A stretch of DNA of 63,740 nucleotides, the filler included, from Psammoneis japonica (taxonomy: Eukaryota): assembly GCA_008632985.1 (NCBI GenBank). It is 4 parts of 4 records of this genome, joined end to end, with 100 filler letters (N's around TTAATTAATTAA, not from the genome) between each part and the next. Parts side by side here need not be neighbours in the genome. Positions count along the whole stretch, not along the records: positions 1 to 18,380 come from QPGO01000469.1; 3 more parts are not named here. One strand, 5' to 3'. The notes beneath the pieces are model-generated. The model had not been told where the DNA came from and made no database searches. It saw only the letters and a program-made list of their open reading frames with translations. Below are positions 1 through 11,769 of the stretch, one piece after another (the stretch's first letter is position 1; each line of letters opens with the position of its first letter). A program made the translations under genes and the position numbers.

Positions 1-217
1 GTCAAACAAAAGGAATGCTCTCTGACACTGGAGGAGAAAAAGGCAAGAAAAGACAGGAACTGAGCCTGCAGAGAATTTGTTGGGAAACACCACGAAGTTT
101 TTGTGCAACATGTGCGTGCACTCCAATGTCATGTTCAAGAAGACATGGCATCATCGACCATCTTGCCACCAATGTGCAATGCTGGCAGTGCAACAACAAG
201 TCAACGAAGCAAGTTCA

Positions 218-1781
218 ATGAACAACGAAGCAAGAGATGCCATCCGTCTGCCATTGAAAAGTGGGGAGATTTCACGAATTTTTTAGAAGAGAAGTTTGAT
301 GCTGCCAGACCCCTTCCACTGCCGATGACTGCGCCACTGTTTAAAACCGTTGTTGATTGGATGACAATGACGAACAAAATCACGGAGCAATCCTTCGTCA
401 ATCCATTTGTGTTTGTGCACTGTTTTGTCAAGCTGGTCTCATGTGTCTGCCCTTCCAAGTGGATTCTGAAGAACGGGGCCGCTTCCCAACAATTGGACGA
501 CCCGATGAAGCCTGCTGCATGAAACCAACAGGAAATGACCCTGTTTGAGCTCAGAAAACAGCAGTTTTTGAAGCAAAGGCATTGCACAACATGTTGCTTC
601 CGAATGACTTTGACATGTTGAAGCAGTGTCATGAGGAGGCGGTCAAGAAGCAAGCGACAGAAAGGAGAAAGGAGCAGTCCAAGAGCTGGCATCAAATCTG
701 CCACCTGCTTTCCCAGGAATTGGCATGCATGATCAACAATGGTGTTCAACATGGAGCTCTTTTTTGTGCTTCGAAAGTGCACTTCATCCACCTTGATGGA
801 CCAGGCAGAGAAGTTCACAGGGTGGAAATTGCTGATGCGCACATTGCTGGTCAGAAAGACTTTCTTCGTGCTTGGGTGTGTGTGATTTGTCTCGCCGACA
901 AAAGTCCAGCACTGGCCAATGGAAATCATGGCCTTGAAATGTCTCCCTGCACTGGCATCAGATGGCTTAAGGGACCCCAATTTGTGAAGCTGAAGCATCG
1001 GAATCAGTGATTGAATGTCAAGAGCAAACTGGACATCATCCCAATGACAATGGCTCTTCTGTTGGTGATGGAAACAGTGACCACGAACTGTCTGGAGGAA
1101 GCCGAAGTGACAAGAGCAGCAGATCTAGCCCTGCATCCAAGAAACCAAGACACAAATCTCCTGAGCACCGCATGAAGAACGAAGGCAGTCAGTTGACTTT
1201 GATGTCATACACCGCCTCAGTTGGTTCAGTCGAGGTCTGCTGAGGATGAGGAAAGGAGCACAATGTCACTCCCACTCACCCCACCAGACTGCTCCTTCTT
1301 TGATTCGTTTTCTTTCGAAGACCAATTTGTGCATCCAGTCGATTTTTGAACTTTGAGGATCGGCCGGTTGTTGGGGGTCGGAAGGAACGGAGACGTCTTT
1401 GAGAGCGACTGTGGTGAAGAGAAGGTTGCGGTAAAGCAGTTTGATCTGTCAAAGAATTTTGAAAGTTACGAGAATGAGGTCAAGGCGTACGTGCGGCTGA
1501 GAAAGGCATGGGGTGAGCTTGTCCCTACTCCAAAATTCATTGCGCAGTCACCATCTGGCATGGTCAGGTTCCTTGGTCTACAGAAGGGGAGGTGTCCCGA
1601 AGAGGAAGAGTTTGATGGGCACTTTGGCACCGTGATTGACAAGCCACGGAGTGACTATAACTTCCAACCTCTTGATTATTCTCATGGTCGCAACTGCATT
1701 GTTGTAGATGAAGACAATGGAACAAAGAAGTTGCTCGTTATCGATCTAGAATTTTGGAAAGACACTGTGAAGATTGAGTAG
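218..1781 (+). pseudogene. Disrupted Crinkler-like gene: putative restriction-endonuclease-like domain followed by a protein-kinase-like domain
   Basis: 1353..1781 has kinase motifs (LLGVGRNGDVF Gly-loop, VAVK, NCIVV, VIDLE). 582..1010 has ELACMINNGVQHGAL, resembling the CRN REase motif YM..N...YG.L after Y->C/H changes. The frame is broken by stops/frameshifts. Confidence 0.5.
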
Positions 1782-2194
1782 ACTGATTTGGGAGAGTGAA
1801 GCTGATCATCGGAGGTGTGGGCTGTGTGCAAAGCACATGGTACAGTAGCCATACCTTTAGTGCTCTAACTAGCCCAAACATGGTAGCTTAGCTAATCGAT
1901 TAAAACAGAAATCTGGGCGTGTCGTGAAGGAGCAGCCCAACCGCTCTCTCCTTGACTCCAGTTTAACGTTGCGGGTGAGCCTGCCATCTGCTATCACCGC
2001 TCACCGCCCGTCGTGATCATGCGAGAGGGTTCTCTGCAGTTTGCTGAATACTATACTTCACCCTATTGTTTACCACGTGTGATATAATCATGTTCGTATT
2101 GACGAGCTGCTTGGTGGTTTGAACACGTCTAATGCCTTGCATGTGCAACAAGGGACTCTTCCAATAGCTGAAAGAAACCGGGAAGAGTGCTGCG

Positions 2195-3303
2195 CTAAGA
2201 CTTTGCTACAGCGGTACTTGCCACAATCTGCTCAGCCGTTTTGACGTATTTGAGGAATATTTCCTTTGTCTGCTCATAAAGCTCTTCTCGGTATCGTCTG
2301 CTATCGATTCTGACCACGGTTCTTTTGTCGTTGGAACTCCATTCGAAACACCGGTCGAAATCAATATGCCAAAGTTTTCCCGTGCTGTCAACCAATACTT
2401 GAAAGTCCCGCACAAGGCAACTTATATCCTGGATAAGTTCCAGGGTTTTGTTTATCTCGTGCCTAAAGTTACGAAGGAAGGATTCGCTGTCGCTCGACGC
2501 GGCCACAATTTCATCCAAATGCCCCTTTGCGTGTCTGTATTTGTTGGAGGTACAACCGAGGAGCAGCGACGGTTGAGGAGCCATTTTTACTCTATACACG
2601 GCAGCCATTCCTTTGGCATAGTAGCCTTTCTTGATCATTTTCTGTCGGGACTCTCTCATTAAAACTCTGTTCATCTCAGATGCATCATTCTGGCTTAGAT
2701 GTATAGACTGAACTGGACCAAACAGAGTGGATATCGAGTACTCCTTTTCAACCATTCTCGCAAGATCCCAAGCTTTTTCTCCGCTCGCAACAAAAAAGTT
2801 TAGTTGTTCTTGTGTGACCAAATAACCAAAGCGGGGACTTCGCCCTTTTCGCGGAAAAAACATTTCTCCACCCCACAGTTTGCCGGAACAGTTAGATTCA
2901 AGTTCTCCAATGCAAATTTCTTTGGAGAAGAATGATCTGAGTCAGACACGAGTTTGACTCCTTTTCATTTCTTGTGCCGTTTCTTTGTCCTCTTTGTTCG
3001 TATTTGTCAATATCGCCTTTGTACATGTCTACTTGCTCTTGACCTTCTCGATTGTCCTGCTTGTTGCTTCTATGTTTTTCGCGTGTGTCCGACAAAGATT
3101 GCCTTTTTGATGTGGGCGGAAGATCCTTCGTGGCAGAATCTTTCCTGATGGACTTGGATAGCGCTGCATATAGAGACGGTGAGTGTAATGACAGAGGGAG
3201 TTGAATTGATGTTGCTTAGAGACACGAAGGAAACTCGGAGAATCAGTTGAACGGTACTGTATCCAACGATGAACACGACGTAGACTAGTCGACGACTCAG
3301 CAT
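2195..3303 (-). pseudogene. Copy A of membrane-anchored hypothetical protein; frameshifted (real or assembly indels)
   Basis: ORFs 3070..3303, 2898..3095 and 2195..2863 together reproduce the copy C protein. Tyr codons are retained. Confidence 0.75.
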
Positions 3304-3404
3304 TTTGGAGAGGTTTCAATTACAGTCTAGTATACCTCAGCAACAGCGATGATAAATCCATCATCCAGTCTTTTTGGCAATCCTTTCATGGTCGTTGCCG
3401 CGGA

Positions 3405-4350
3405 AAAGCAAAAGGGAAAAGCAGAAAAAAGGTGGGGATTGATTCGACCGTTGGGCGCGCACAAAATTTTGATGACGACGAGCGTTGAAAGAGCGAGCAC
3501 GCAAGAGCAAAAAATGATGGCACGCACGAATTTTGTGCGCCATGAGCACACCAAATGCAATGGGGCAGCAAGTTCCACTTCTTCCTTGCCATTCAACCAC
3601 GTCCATGCCACTGGCAATGGGGAAGCCATCCAAGCCTTCTTCATCTGGTGGGGTCATGGGGAAGCCATCCCAGCCTTCATCTGGTGGGGTCACCCAAACA
3701 CTCCTCTGTGTTTGCCTGGACAAACTCGCGCCCATCTCCTTGTTTTGACCCGTGTCCCTTCTTGTCAGTGATGTCATGCACAACACATCATGGACAAATC
3801 ATCAACACATCTTCTTCTCTCATTTTGCTTGCTGCAGGAGACACTGTGTTTTCCACAGGCAAATGCAGAGAGTGCAGCCAGGTGGGCATGCTTGCCTCTT
3901 GAAAGAAAGAGCTGCAAAATGCTGGCGCTCTTGTTGTTTGCAGTGGAGACAACTCTGGCCTGCATCATTCTTGGTGTGATTCACATTGAGATTGTGTTCT
4001 CTGGCTGGCAATGAGCCATTGTTGCTGAAGAAGTCATTGTGAAAATTGTTGCTGGTCAAAGAGACACACCACCGCAGATGTCTTGAAACACAAGACTTTG
4101 GACCCAGCTTCTGTTTGCTCTCATTCTGAATTTCTTTGACATGTGCCAGCTTCATTGGCTTGCTGCTGTCAAGATGGAAGAAACCTCTTTCTGTCAAGTT
4201 GAGCCTCTCGATGCCTCTCATTTCTTTGACCACTCTCCTTTCAACACCAGCGCAGTTGGGGCAATGTCCCCCTTTTGTTGGGAGCTCCTTCCAACACACC
4301 CCACAAGATGATGGAGAGCACATTTCTTTGCAAGTCATGTCAGCATTGGG
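3405..4350. mobile_element. TpA-depleted unclassified insertion upstream of copy A (second copy ~6090-7040)
   Basis: Homology of copies A/B to copy C ends at gtcgttgccgcgga (~3404). The following ~950 bp is present twice, absent upstream of copy C, and almost TA-free. Confidence 0.55.
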
Positions 4351-4748
4351 TCATCATGCATCAGAGCTGTGTGCTGTGTGCAAAACACATGGTGCAGCAG
4401 CTGCACCTTAAAGGTCCTGACCAGCCCAACCATGGTGGCTTTTAGGCAGTCATTTTTAACAGAAATCGTGGCATGTCATGCTGGAGCAACCGCTCTCTTC
4501 TTGACTCCAGGTTGACATCGAGGGAAAAGCTGCCATGTGCTGTCCCCGCTCACCACCCATTGCATCATGTGAGAGGGGTCTCAGCAGTTTGCCGCACACA
4601 CTGCTTTGCCCCTTTTGATTTAAACCAGTCGACTCAAATGTGGCATGCACAAAGACATGAAAGCACAACATGAAGGCCAACGGGCTGTGAGGAAGCCCAA
4701 AAGCCAAGGGCTTCAATCTGTGTGTGACAGATGAAAAAGGACATCTGT

Positions 4749-5987
4749 TCATTTTGATGAGCCACTTTGTGGGTTGAGCATGTGTGTTGGCTGCCTCAAT
4801 GGCATTTCTGCAGGAGAAGATTTGCGTGTGAAATGAGAGACTCTTCCATTGGCTGAAAGAACCGGGAAGAATGCGGCGCTGAGCTTCACCACAGTGTTGT
4901 TTGCCACAATCTGTCCAGCCATTTTGACATGATTGAGAAATGTTTCCGTTGCCTGCTTGCAATGCTCTTCTCGGTGTTGCCGCTTGTCGATTCTGACAAC
5001 GTTTCTTTTGTCATTGGAACTCCATTCGAAACACCGGTCGAAATCAACATGCCAAAGTTTTCCCATGCTGTCAACCAATGCTTGAAAGTCCCGCACAACA
5101 CAACTTACATCCTGGACAAGTTCCAGGGTTTTGTTTGTCTTGTGCCTAAAGTTACGAAGAAAGGATTCACTGTCGCTCGACGCGGCCACAATTTCATGCA
5201 AATGCCCCTTTGCGTGTTTGCATTTGTTGGAGGTACAATCGAGGAGCAGTGACGGTTGAGGAGCCATTTTTGCTCTGTGCACGGCAGCCATTCCTTTGGC
5301 GCAGCAGCCTTTCTTGATCATTTTCTGTTGGGACTCTCTCATCAAAACTCTGTTCATCTCAGATGCATCACTCTCGCTTGGATTTGTAGACTGAACTGGA
5401 CCAAATGGAGTGGACATCGAGTGCTCCTTTTCAACCATTCTCGCAAGATCCCAAGCTTTTTCTCCACTCGCAACAAAAAAGTTTAGTTGTTCTTGTGTGA
5501 CCAAATGACCAAAGCGGGGACTTCCGCCCTTTTCGTGGAAAAAACACTTCTCCACCCCACAGCTTGCCGGAACTGTCAGATTCAAGTTCTCCAATGCAAA
5601 TTTCTTTGGAGAAGAATTGTCCGAGTCGGACATGAGTTTGACGTCCTTTTCATTTCTTGTGCCTTCATTTTGTCTTTTTTGTTCATGTTTTTCAATGTCG
5701 CCTCTGTGCATGTCTATTTGCTCTTGACCTCCTTGATTGTCCTGCGTGTTGCTTCCATGTTTTTTGCGTGTGTCTGACAAAGATTGCCTTTTTGATGCGG
5801 GCGGAAGATCTTTCGTGGCAGGATCTTCCCTGATGGACTTGGACAGTGTTGCATGTAGAGACGGTGAGTGCAATGACAGAGGAGTTGAGTTGATGTTGCT
5901 CAGAGACACAAAGGAAACTTGGAGAATCAGTTGAATGGTGCTGCATCCAACGATGAACACGACATGGACCAGTCGACGACTCAGCAT
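4749..5987 (-). pseudogene. Copy B of the same gene: open frame but hypermutated (no Tyr, original stop lost)
   Basis: 412-aa ORF colinear with copy C. All Tyr are replaced by His/Cys. The end GCT TAG appears as CTC AGC (1-bp deletion plus TA->CA). Confidence 0.8.
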
Positions 5988-7566
5988 TTTGGAGAGGTTT
6001 CAATTACAGTCTAGCACACCTCAGCACAACAACAACGACAAATCCATCATCCAGTCTTTTTGGCAATCCTTTCATGGCCGTTGCCACGGAAAAGCAAAAG
6101 GGAAAAAAGGTGGGGATTTGACCATTGGGCACGCACAAAATTTAAAATTTTGATGAGCTTGGAGACGAGCGTTGAATGAGCACGCAAGCAAGCAAAAAAT
6201 GATGACACGCACGAATTGTGCGCTGTGAGCACACCAAATGCAATGGGGCAGCAAGTTCCACTTCCTTGCCATTCAACCATGTCCATGCCACTGGCAATGG
6301 GGAAGCCATCCAAGCCTTCTTCATCTGGCGGGGTCGTGGGGAAGCCATCCAAGCCTTCATCTGGTGAGGTCATGCAAACACTCCTCTGTGCTTGCCTGAA
6401 CAAACTCGCGTTCATCTCCTTGTTTTGAGCCATGCCCCTTCTTGTCAGTGATGTTGTGCACAACACATCATGGACAAATCTTCAACACATCTTCTTCTCC
6501 CATTTTGCTTGCTGCAGGAGACAGGCCACTGTGTTTTCCACAGGCAAATGCAGAGTGCAGCCAGGTGTGGGCATGCTTGCCTCTTGAAAAGAAGAGCTTC
6601 AAAATGCTGGTGCTCTTGTTGTTTGCAGTGGAGACAACTCTGGCCTGCATCATTCTTGGTGTGACTCACATTGAGAACATGTTCTCTTGCTCTCAATGAG
6701 CCATTGTTGCTGAAGAAGCTGTTGTGAAAATTGTTGCTGGTCAAAGACACACCACCGTGGATGTCTTAAAACACGAGACTTTGGACCCATCTTCTGTTTG
6801 CTCTCATTCTGAATTTCTTTGACACATGCCAGCTTCATTGGCTTGCTGCTGTCAAGATGGAAGAAACCTCTCTCTGTCAAGTTGAGCCTCTCAATTTCTC
6901 TCATTTTTTTGACCACTCTCCTTTCAACAGCAGCACAGTTGGGGCAATGTCTCCCTTTTGTTGGGAGCTCCTTCCAACACACACACACCACACAAGATGA
7001 TGGAGAGCACATTTTTTTGCAAGTTGTGTCAGCATTGGGTCATCATGCATCAGAGCTGTGAGCTGTGTGCAAAACACATGGCACAGCAGCCACACCTTAA
7101 ATGCCTTGACTGGCGCAACCATGGTGACTTTTGGGCAGTTGTTTTTAACAGAAATCGTGGCATGTCGTGCTGGAGCAACCACTCTCTTTTTAACTCCAGG
7201 TTGATGTTGAGGGTGAGCCTGCCACATGCTGTCCCTGCTCTCCACCCATTGCATCATGCAAGAGGGTTCTCTGCAGTTTGCCACACACACTGCTTCACCC
7301 CTTTTGTTTTGAACCAGTCGACTCAAAAGTGGAACACAGAAAGACATGAAAGCACATTATGAAGGTTAACCAGCTGTGAGGAAGCCCAAAAGCCAAGGGC
7401 TTCAAACTGTGTGTGACAAAGGACAAAGGACATCTGTTCATTTTGATGAGCTGCTTTGTGGTTGAGCGCGTGTAATGGCTGCCTCAATGGCATTTCTATA
7501 GGAGAAGATTTGCATGTGCAATGAGAGACTCTTCCATTGGCTGAAAGAACCAGGAAGAATACGGCA

Positions 7567-8676
7567 CTAAGCTTTCACCACAGTGTTGTTTGCCACAATC
7601 TGTTCAGCCATTTTGACATAATTCAGAAATGTTTCCTTTGCCTGCTCGTAACGCTCTTCTCGGTAACGCCGCTTGTCGATTCGGACAACGTTTCTTTCGT
7701 CGTTGGAACTCCATTCGAAACACCGGTCAAAATCAATATGCCAAAGTTTTCCCGTGCTGTCAACCAATACTTGAAAGTCCCGCACAAGGCAACTTATATC
7801 CTGGATAAGTTCCAGGGTTTTGTTTATCTCATGCCTAAAGTTACGAAGAAAGGATTCGCTGTTGCTTGATGCAGCGACAATTTCATGCAAATGCCCCTTT
7901 GCGTGTTCGTATTTGTTGGGGGTACAACCGAGGAGCAGCGACGGTTGAGGAGCCATTTTTACTCTAAACACGGCAGCCATTCCTTTGGCATAGTAGCCGT
8001 CCTTGATCATTTCCTGTCGGGACTCTCTCATTAGAACTTTGTTCATCTCGGATGCATCATTCTGGCTTAGATGTATAGACTGAACTGGACCAAACAAAGT
8101 GGATAACGAGTACTCCTTTTCAACCATTCTCGCAAGATCCCAAGCTTTTTCTCCGCTCGCGACAAAAAAGTTGAGTTGTTCTTGTGTGACCAAGTAGCCA
8201 AAGCGGGGATTTTCTCCCTTTTCGCGGAAAAAACATTTCTCCACCCCACAGCTTGCCGGAACAGTTAGATTCAAGTTCTTCAAAGAAAAGCTGGTTGGAG
8301 AAGAATGATCTGAGTCAGACACGAGTTTGAAGTCCTTTTCTTTTTGTGTGCCGTTTCTTTGTCCTCTTTGTTCGTATTTGTCAATATCGCCTTTGTACAT
8401 GTCTACTTGCTCTTGATCTTCTCGATTGTCTCGCTTGTTGCTTCTATGGTTTTCGCCGGTGACTGACAAAGATTGTTTCTTTGATGAGGGTGCAAGGTCC
8501 TTCGTGGCAGGGTCCTCTCTGATGGACTTGGGTAGCGTCAAAGATATAGACGGTGAGTGCAATGACAGAGGAGTTGAATTGATGTTGCTTAGAGACACGA
8601 AGGGAACTCGGAGAAGCAGTTGAACGGTGCCGTATCCAACGATGACAATGACGTAGACTAGCCGACGACTCAGCAT
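7567..8676 (-). CDS. Copy C, intact 369-aa hypothetical type-II membrane protein with a possible atypical kinase-like C-terminal domain
   Basis: Starts MLSRRLVYVIVIVGY (N-terminal hydrophobic anchor, start shared with copies A/B). Low-complexity stem, then CGVEKCFF and DFQVLVDSTGKLWHIDFDRC motifs. Confidence 0.75.
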   Translation of the reverse strand: MLSRRLVYVIVIVGYGTVQLLLRVPFVSLSNINSTPLSLHSPSISLTLPKSIREDPATKDLAPSSKKQSLSVTGENHRSNKRDNREDQEQVDMYKGDIDKYEQRGQRNGTQKEKDFKLVSDSDHSSPTSFSLKNLNLTVPASCGVEKCFFREKGENPRFGYLVTQEQLNFFVASGEKAWDLARMVEKEYSLSTLFGPVQSIHLSQNDASEMNKVLMRESRQEMIKDGYYAKGMAAVFRVKMAPQPSLLLGCTPNKYEHAKGHLHEIVAASSNSESFLRNFRHEINKTLELIQDISCLVRDFQVLVDSTGKLWHIDFDRCFEWSSNDERNVVRIDKRRYREERYEQAKETFLNYVKMAEQIVANNTVVKA

Positions 8677-8757
8677 TTTATTTCCTGTCACAGTTGAGCA
8701 ACAACGATGATAAATCCATCCTCCAGTCTCTTGGTAATCTTCAAGGTCGTTGTAGCG

Positions 8758-8784
8758 GATGATGATGATGATGATGATGATGAT
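8758..8784 (+). repeat. (GAT)n microsatellite, ~9 units
   Basis: gatgatgatgatgatgatgatgatgat, seen directly. Confidence 0.95.
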
Positions 8785-8959
8785 ACAGTGTTCCACCGCG
8801 AAGATTGTCAAATAAATCGTCAAGACATACATGCAGTCATTGTGACTCGCCGTTTCAATGACTTCAGAAACGTCACTGAGGTGACCTGCTGTAGGGCCCT
8901 AGAAGAAGAGTCGTTGAGAGTCTCCTCGCGCCTCACAATCTCAATTAGTTGCTGTAACA

Positions 8960-11200
8960 CTGGCACCTAGAATTGCCTCAAGCTTGCCAAGGCATGCAAT
9001 GCAGTCGTCAACAATGAGGGCACGGACGAATGATTCCCAGAGCATGGGGCCACATTTGTGGCTGCCATGACAATGTGCAAGATGGAAAAATGTGAGTGGA
9101 AACCTTGTGGTGTCATGCCGCCATGCTTTTCTCAAAGCAACTGCCTTGCTGGCATGACAGGCAAAAAAGCCTGCAATTGCATTGCCACTGTTCCAGCACT
9201 GGTCATCACAGACACTGCACAATGGTGGCCTGCCTGCACTCACCGCACTCTGTCAGCAGCCACCATCTTTGTCGTTTGCTTGTCGCTCAGTTGTCTTGGG
9301 CACTCATCACATGCACCCAAGCAAAGTGATGGCACAGGCCATGCTCTGGTTGCTGCCATGTGACCAACAAGCTGTGCCAATTTGGAGAGTGAGTCACATG
9401 CTCTGTTGAAATGATCGATGCCAACACCTTCTCTGAGCAAAATGAACAATTTGGCAACGTGATTCACCCAGCACCCAGGTGCCAAAAGTGAAAAGCATTC
9501 TGTGCAGAATCTGACATTGACCCAGCACATGAAGTTGAGGATCCATTGCAAGTGACCATGAGTGTCAAGATGAAGCTGAAGCTGAGTGCAATGCTGGCGC
9601 ACCTTGCAAGGAATGGCAACCTGCGAGCCAAGATCAGGGCCTTTCTCAAGCTTTTGTTTGCTTCTTTCACTGGCAGTGCAGTTGAAGCAAAGTGCTCTTT
9701 TTTCATTTGGAAAGTTGTTCCCAGCACAGCATGAGCAACATGACTGGAGAGAGCACCTTTGCAAGTCTTCATTCTCAACATCTTCTTGGCTCCATGAGTT
9801 TGACACCCCACCCTGACAAATGAGGAATGAATCGCTGCCTGCTTCAGCTTGTTTGCCATCGGTGCTTTGATGGCTTGTGTGTTTTGGAGGCAACACCCTG
9901 ACCTTGCTTTTGCTGAAGCCTGGGGCATCATGCCAGTCTCAACATCAATCTGTGTCAGACAAAAAAATGTTGGAATGTTGAGCCAGGAATGCTCCAAAAT
10001 GGTGTCTGCATCTTTTGCCAGAAACTCCAAGCTGAACAAAGAAGATGTGCTGGATTTGTTTGTTTTTTGAGGAGCCTGGGGAAGCTGAAGCTGCATTTTC
10101 TCTTCTTCAATGTTTGCCCTCTGCAACTGTTTTTATCATCTCCATCCATGTTTGCTCTCAATGTCAGGAAGTGGTGCTGCTGTCACAGATGGGACAAGAT
10201 CTTCATCATCGCAGCTGCCATCTTCATGCCCTTGTTTGCACTGCTTGTTCTGTGGGCTGCAAGTTGCTGTGGTGCTTTCTGGGTGCAGCACTCAAGCTTT
10301 TGACTCTCCACACTGCAACTCTTCAGTGCCAAGATCTGCAGTGACATTTTTGACACTTTGCTGTTCAATGTTTTTGGTGCAGCTGCCACAGCAGACCACC
10401 CAACTCCATTGATTTGCACTTTGACAGCTTGGCTGATGAAGCAGCTTCTGGAGCTGCTGCAGATTTGTTGGTTGTGTGCAGCAACACTTTGTCATTTTCC
10501 ATCAGTGCCTTGTGTGCCTGGTGGCAGAGCAGCTCAAGTTTCAGCATGACATTTTCATTTGAGTGCACACAAGCCAAGAGGGGCACAGCACACAGAAACA
10601 GCACTTTTCTCATCAATGTCAGCTTGCCTTCAATGTGTCACAGTCCAGTTGGTTGTTTTGTTTCAGTTGCCCCACCACACATTTAAAAAAAGCCATGGCT
10701 GTCTCACAAAAACTGGCTGCCACCCTCTCTCTGTGACACCTTGTGCATTGCAACAGTCACATGATGATGATGGTGCAAGCTTGTTGCATTGACCAATCAC
10801 ACTCAAGTGCCTGGTGCATCTTTCTTTGCCTGCATCAAGTCTTGGAAGCTGCTTTCTTCTTGTGACTGTTGGCTTTGAGAGAAGTGTCAAAGCCATGCCC
10901 AGCTGAGTTTGAGCATGCACAGGTGGTGCTTGCAACAACGCCAAGTTGTTGTCCATTTTGGTGTCAGCTTCATGTCATGCATGTTGCCACAACAGTTGGC
11001 ACTGAGGCAGAAATGCATTGGTCACTGTTGCACCTGAAAAACTGCAAATGGATCAAAAGCTGGGATTTGAGTGTCAAGCACAAGCTGACTTGCAGGCTGG
11101 CATTGCCTGCAAATGTCATGTGAGCTTTACAATGAAGTTTGCTGGCCGCCAAGCAACTGCTCTCTGTCTTTGTGTGAAAAAGGGGGGTGGGGTGACACTT
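8960..11200. mobile_element. Heavily decayed unclassified repeat/transposon sequence
   Basis: Nearly TA- and CG-free; overlapping Tyr-free ORFs in all frames; no recognisable motif. Confidence 0.4.
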
Positions 11201-11209
11201 GATGACTTG

Positions 11210-11525
11210 GCGCACTGTGCTTGGAGAACAAGCACAAATGAAAGCAGAGTGGACAACAAAAAGTGGACATTGTGAGACAAATTTTGCTCTGCAATTTTTG
11301 GTTTCTCTGAATGAATTCTCTCAATGGCCCAAAGCATTTGTGCTGCTTCCACAGACTGAAAGGCTTTTCAGAGAATGTGATTGTGACAGCAGATTGTCTG
11401 GGTGTGACTGACACTGCCACCTTGTGTGTCAACATCATCAAGGGATCTTGTTTGCAATTCTCAACATCCAACAATTGTGGACATGTGCACAACTTTCTTG
11501 CTCAACAACACATGTTGCACTTGAA
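11210..11525 (-). repeat. 3' LTR-like direct repeat of the gypsy element (ends approximate)
   Basis: aaaaagtggacattgtgaga...tctcaatggcccaaag...actttcttgct.acaacaca matches 15990-16390. Confidence 0.7.
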
Positions 11526-11555
11526 TTCCTTGCTGCACATTAGAGTCATTCATTG

Positions 11556-11769
11556 AATGGTGTCATTTGACAGATGTTGACAGTGTCAATGATCTCTCAC
11601 CATGTTTGATCTGCACTTGCTGTGCTGTCAGTGTGTGCCATTGTCATTTTGTGGTGGGGCCAAATGGCATCATTTGACAGATGTTGACAGTGTCAATGAT
11701 CTCTCACCATGTTTGATCTGCACTTGCTGTGCTGTCAGTGTGTGCCATTGTCATTTTGTGGTGGGGCCC
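11556..11769. repeat. 107-bp tandem duplication of the integrase 3' end
   Basis: Near-identical units starting aatgg at 11556 and 11663. Confidence 0.92.

Larger units (their letters stand above)
1805..8760. repeat. Tandem triplication, ~2.6-kb unit (A ~1805-4350, B ~4351-7040, C ~7041-8760, partial)
   Basis: Alignable by eye: ggaactccattcgaaacaccggtc occurs at ~2333, ~5016 and ~7705. The spacer 3405-4350 is repeated at ~6090-7040. Confidence 0.92.

Noticed and set aside
4749..5987. Alternative genetic code or Tyr codon reassignment
   Set aside because: Host genes (OXP1, PGLP, FNR) use Tyr and TAA/TAG normally; the change is regional and also non-coding.
1805..8760. Classical RIP (CA->TA) acting on copies A and C
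   Set aside because: Would need identical independent hits in two copies and would create stops. Copy C is intact, and conserved TE tyrosines show TA is ancestral.
8677..8832. 52-aa N-terminal extension with poly-Ile on copy C
   Set aside because: Derives from the (GAT)n microsatellite; copies A and B share only the MLSRR start.
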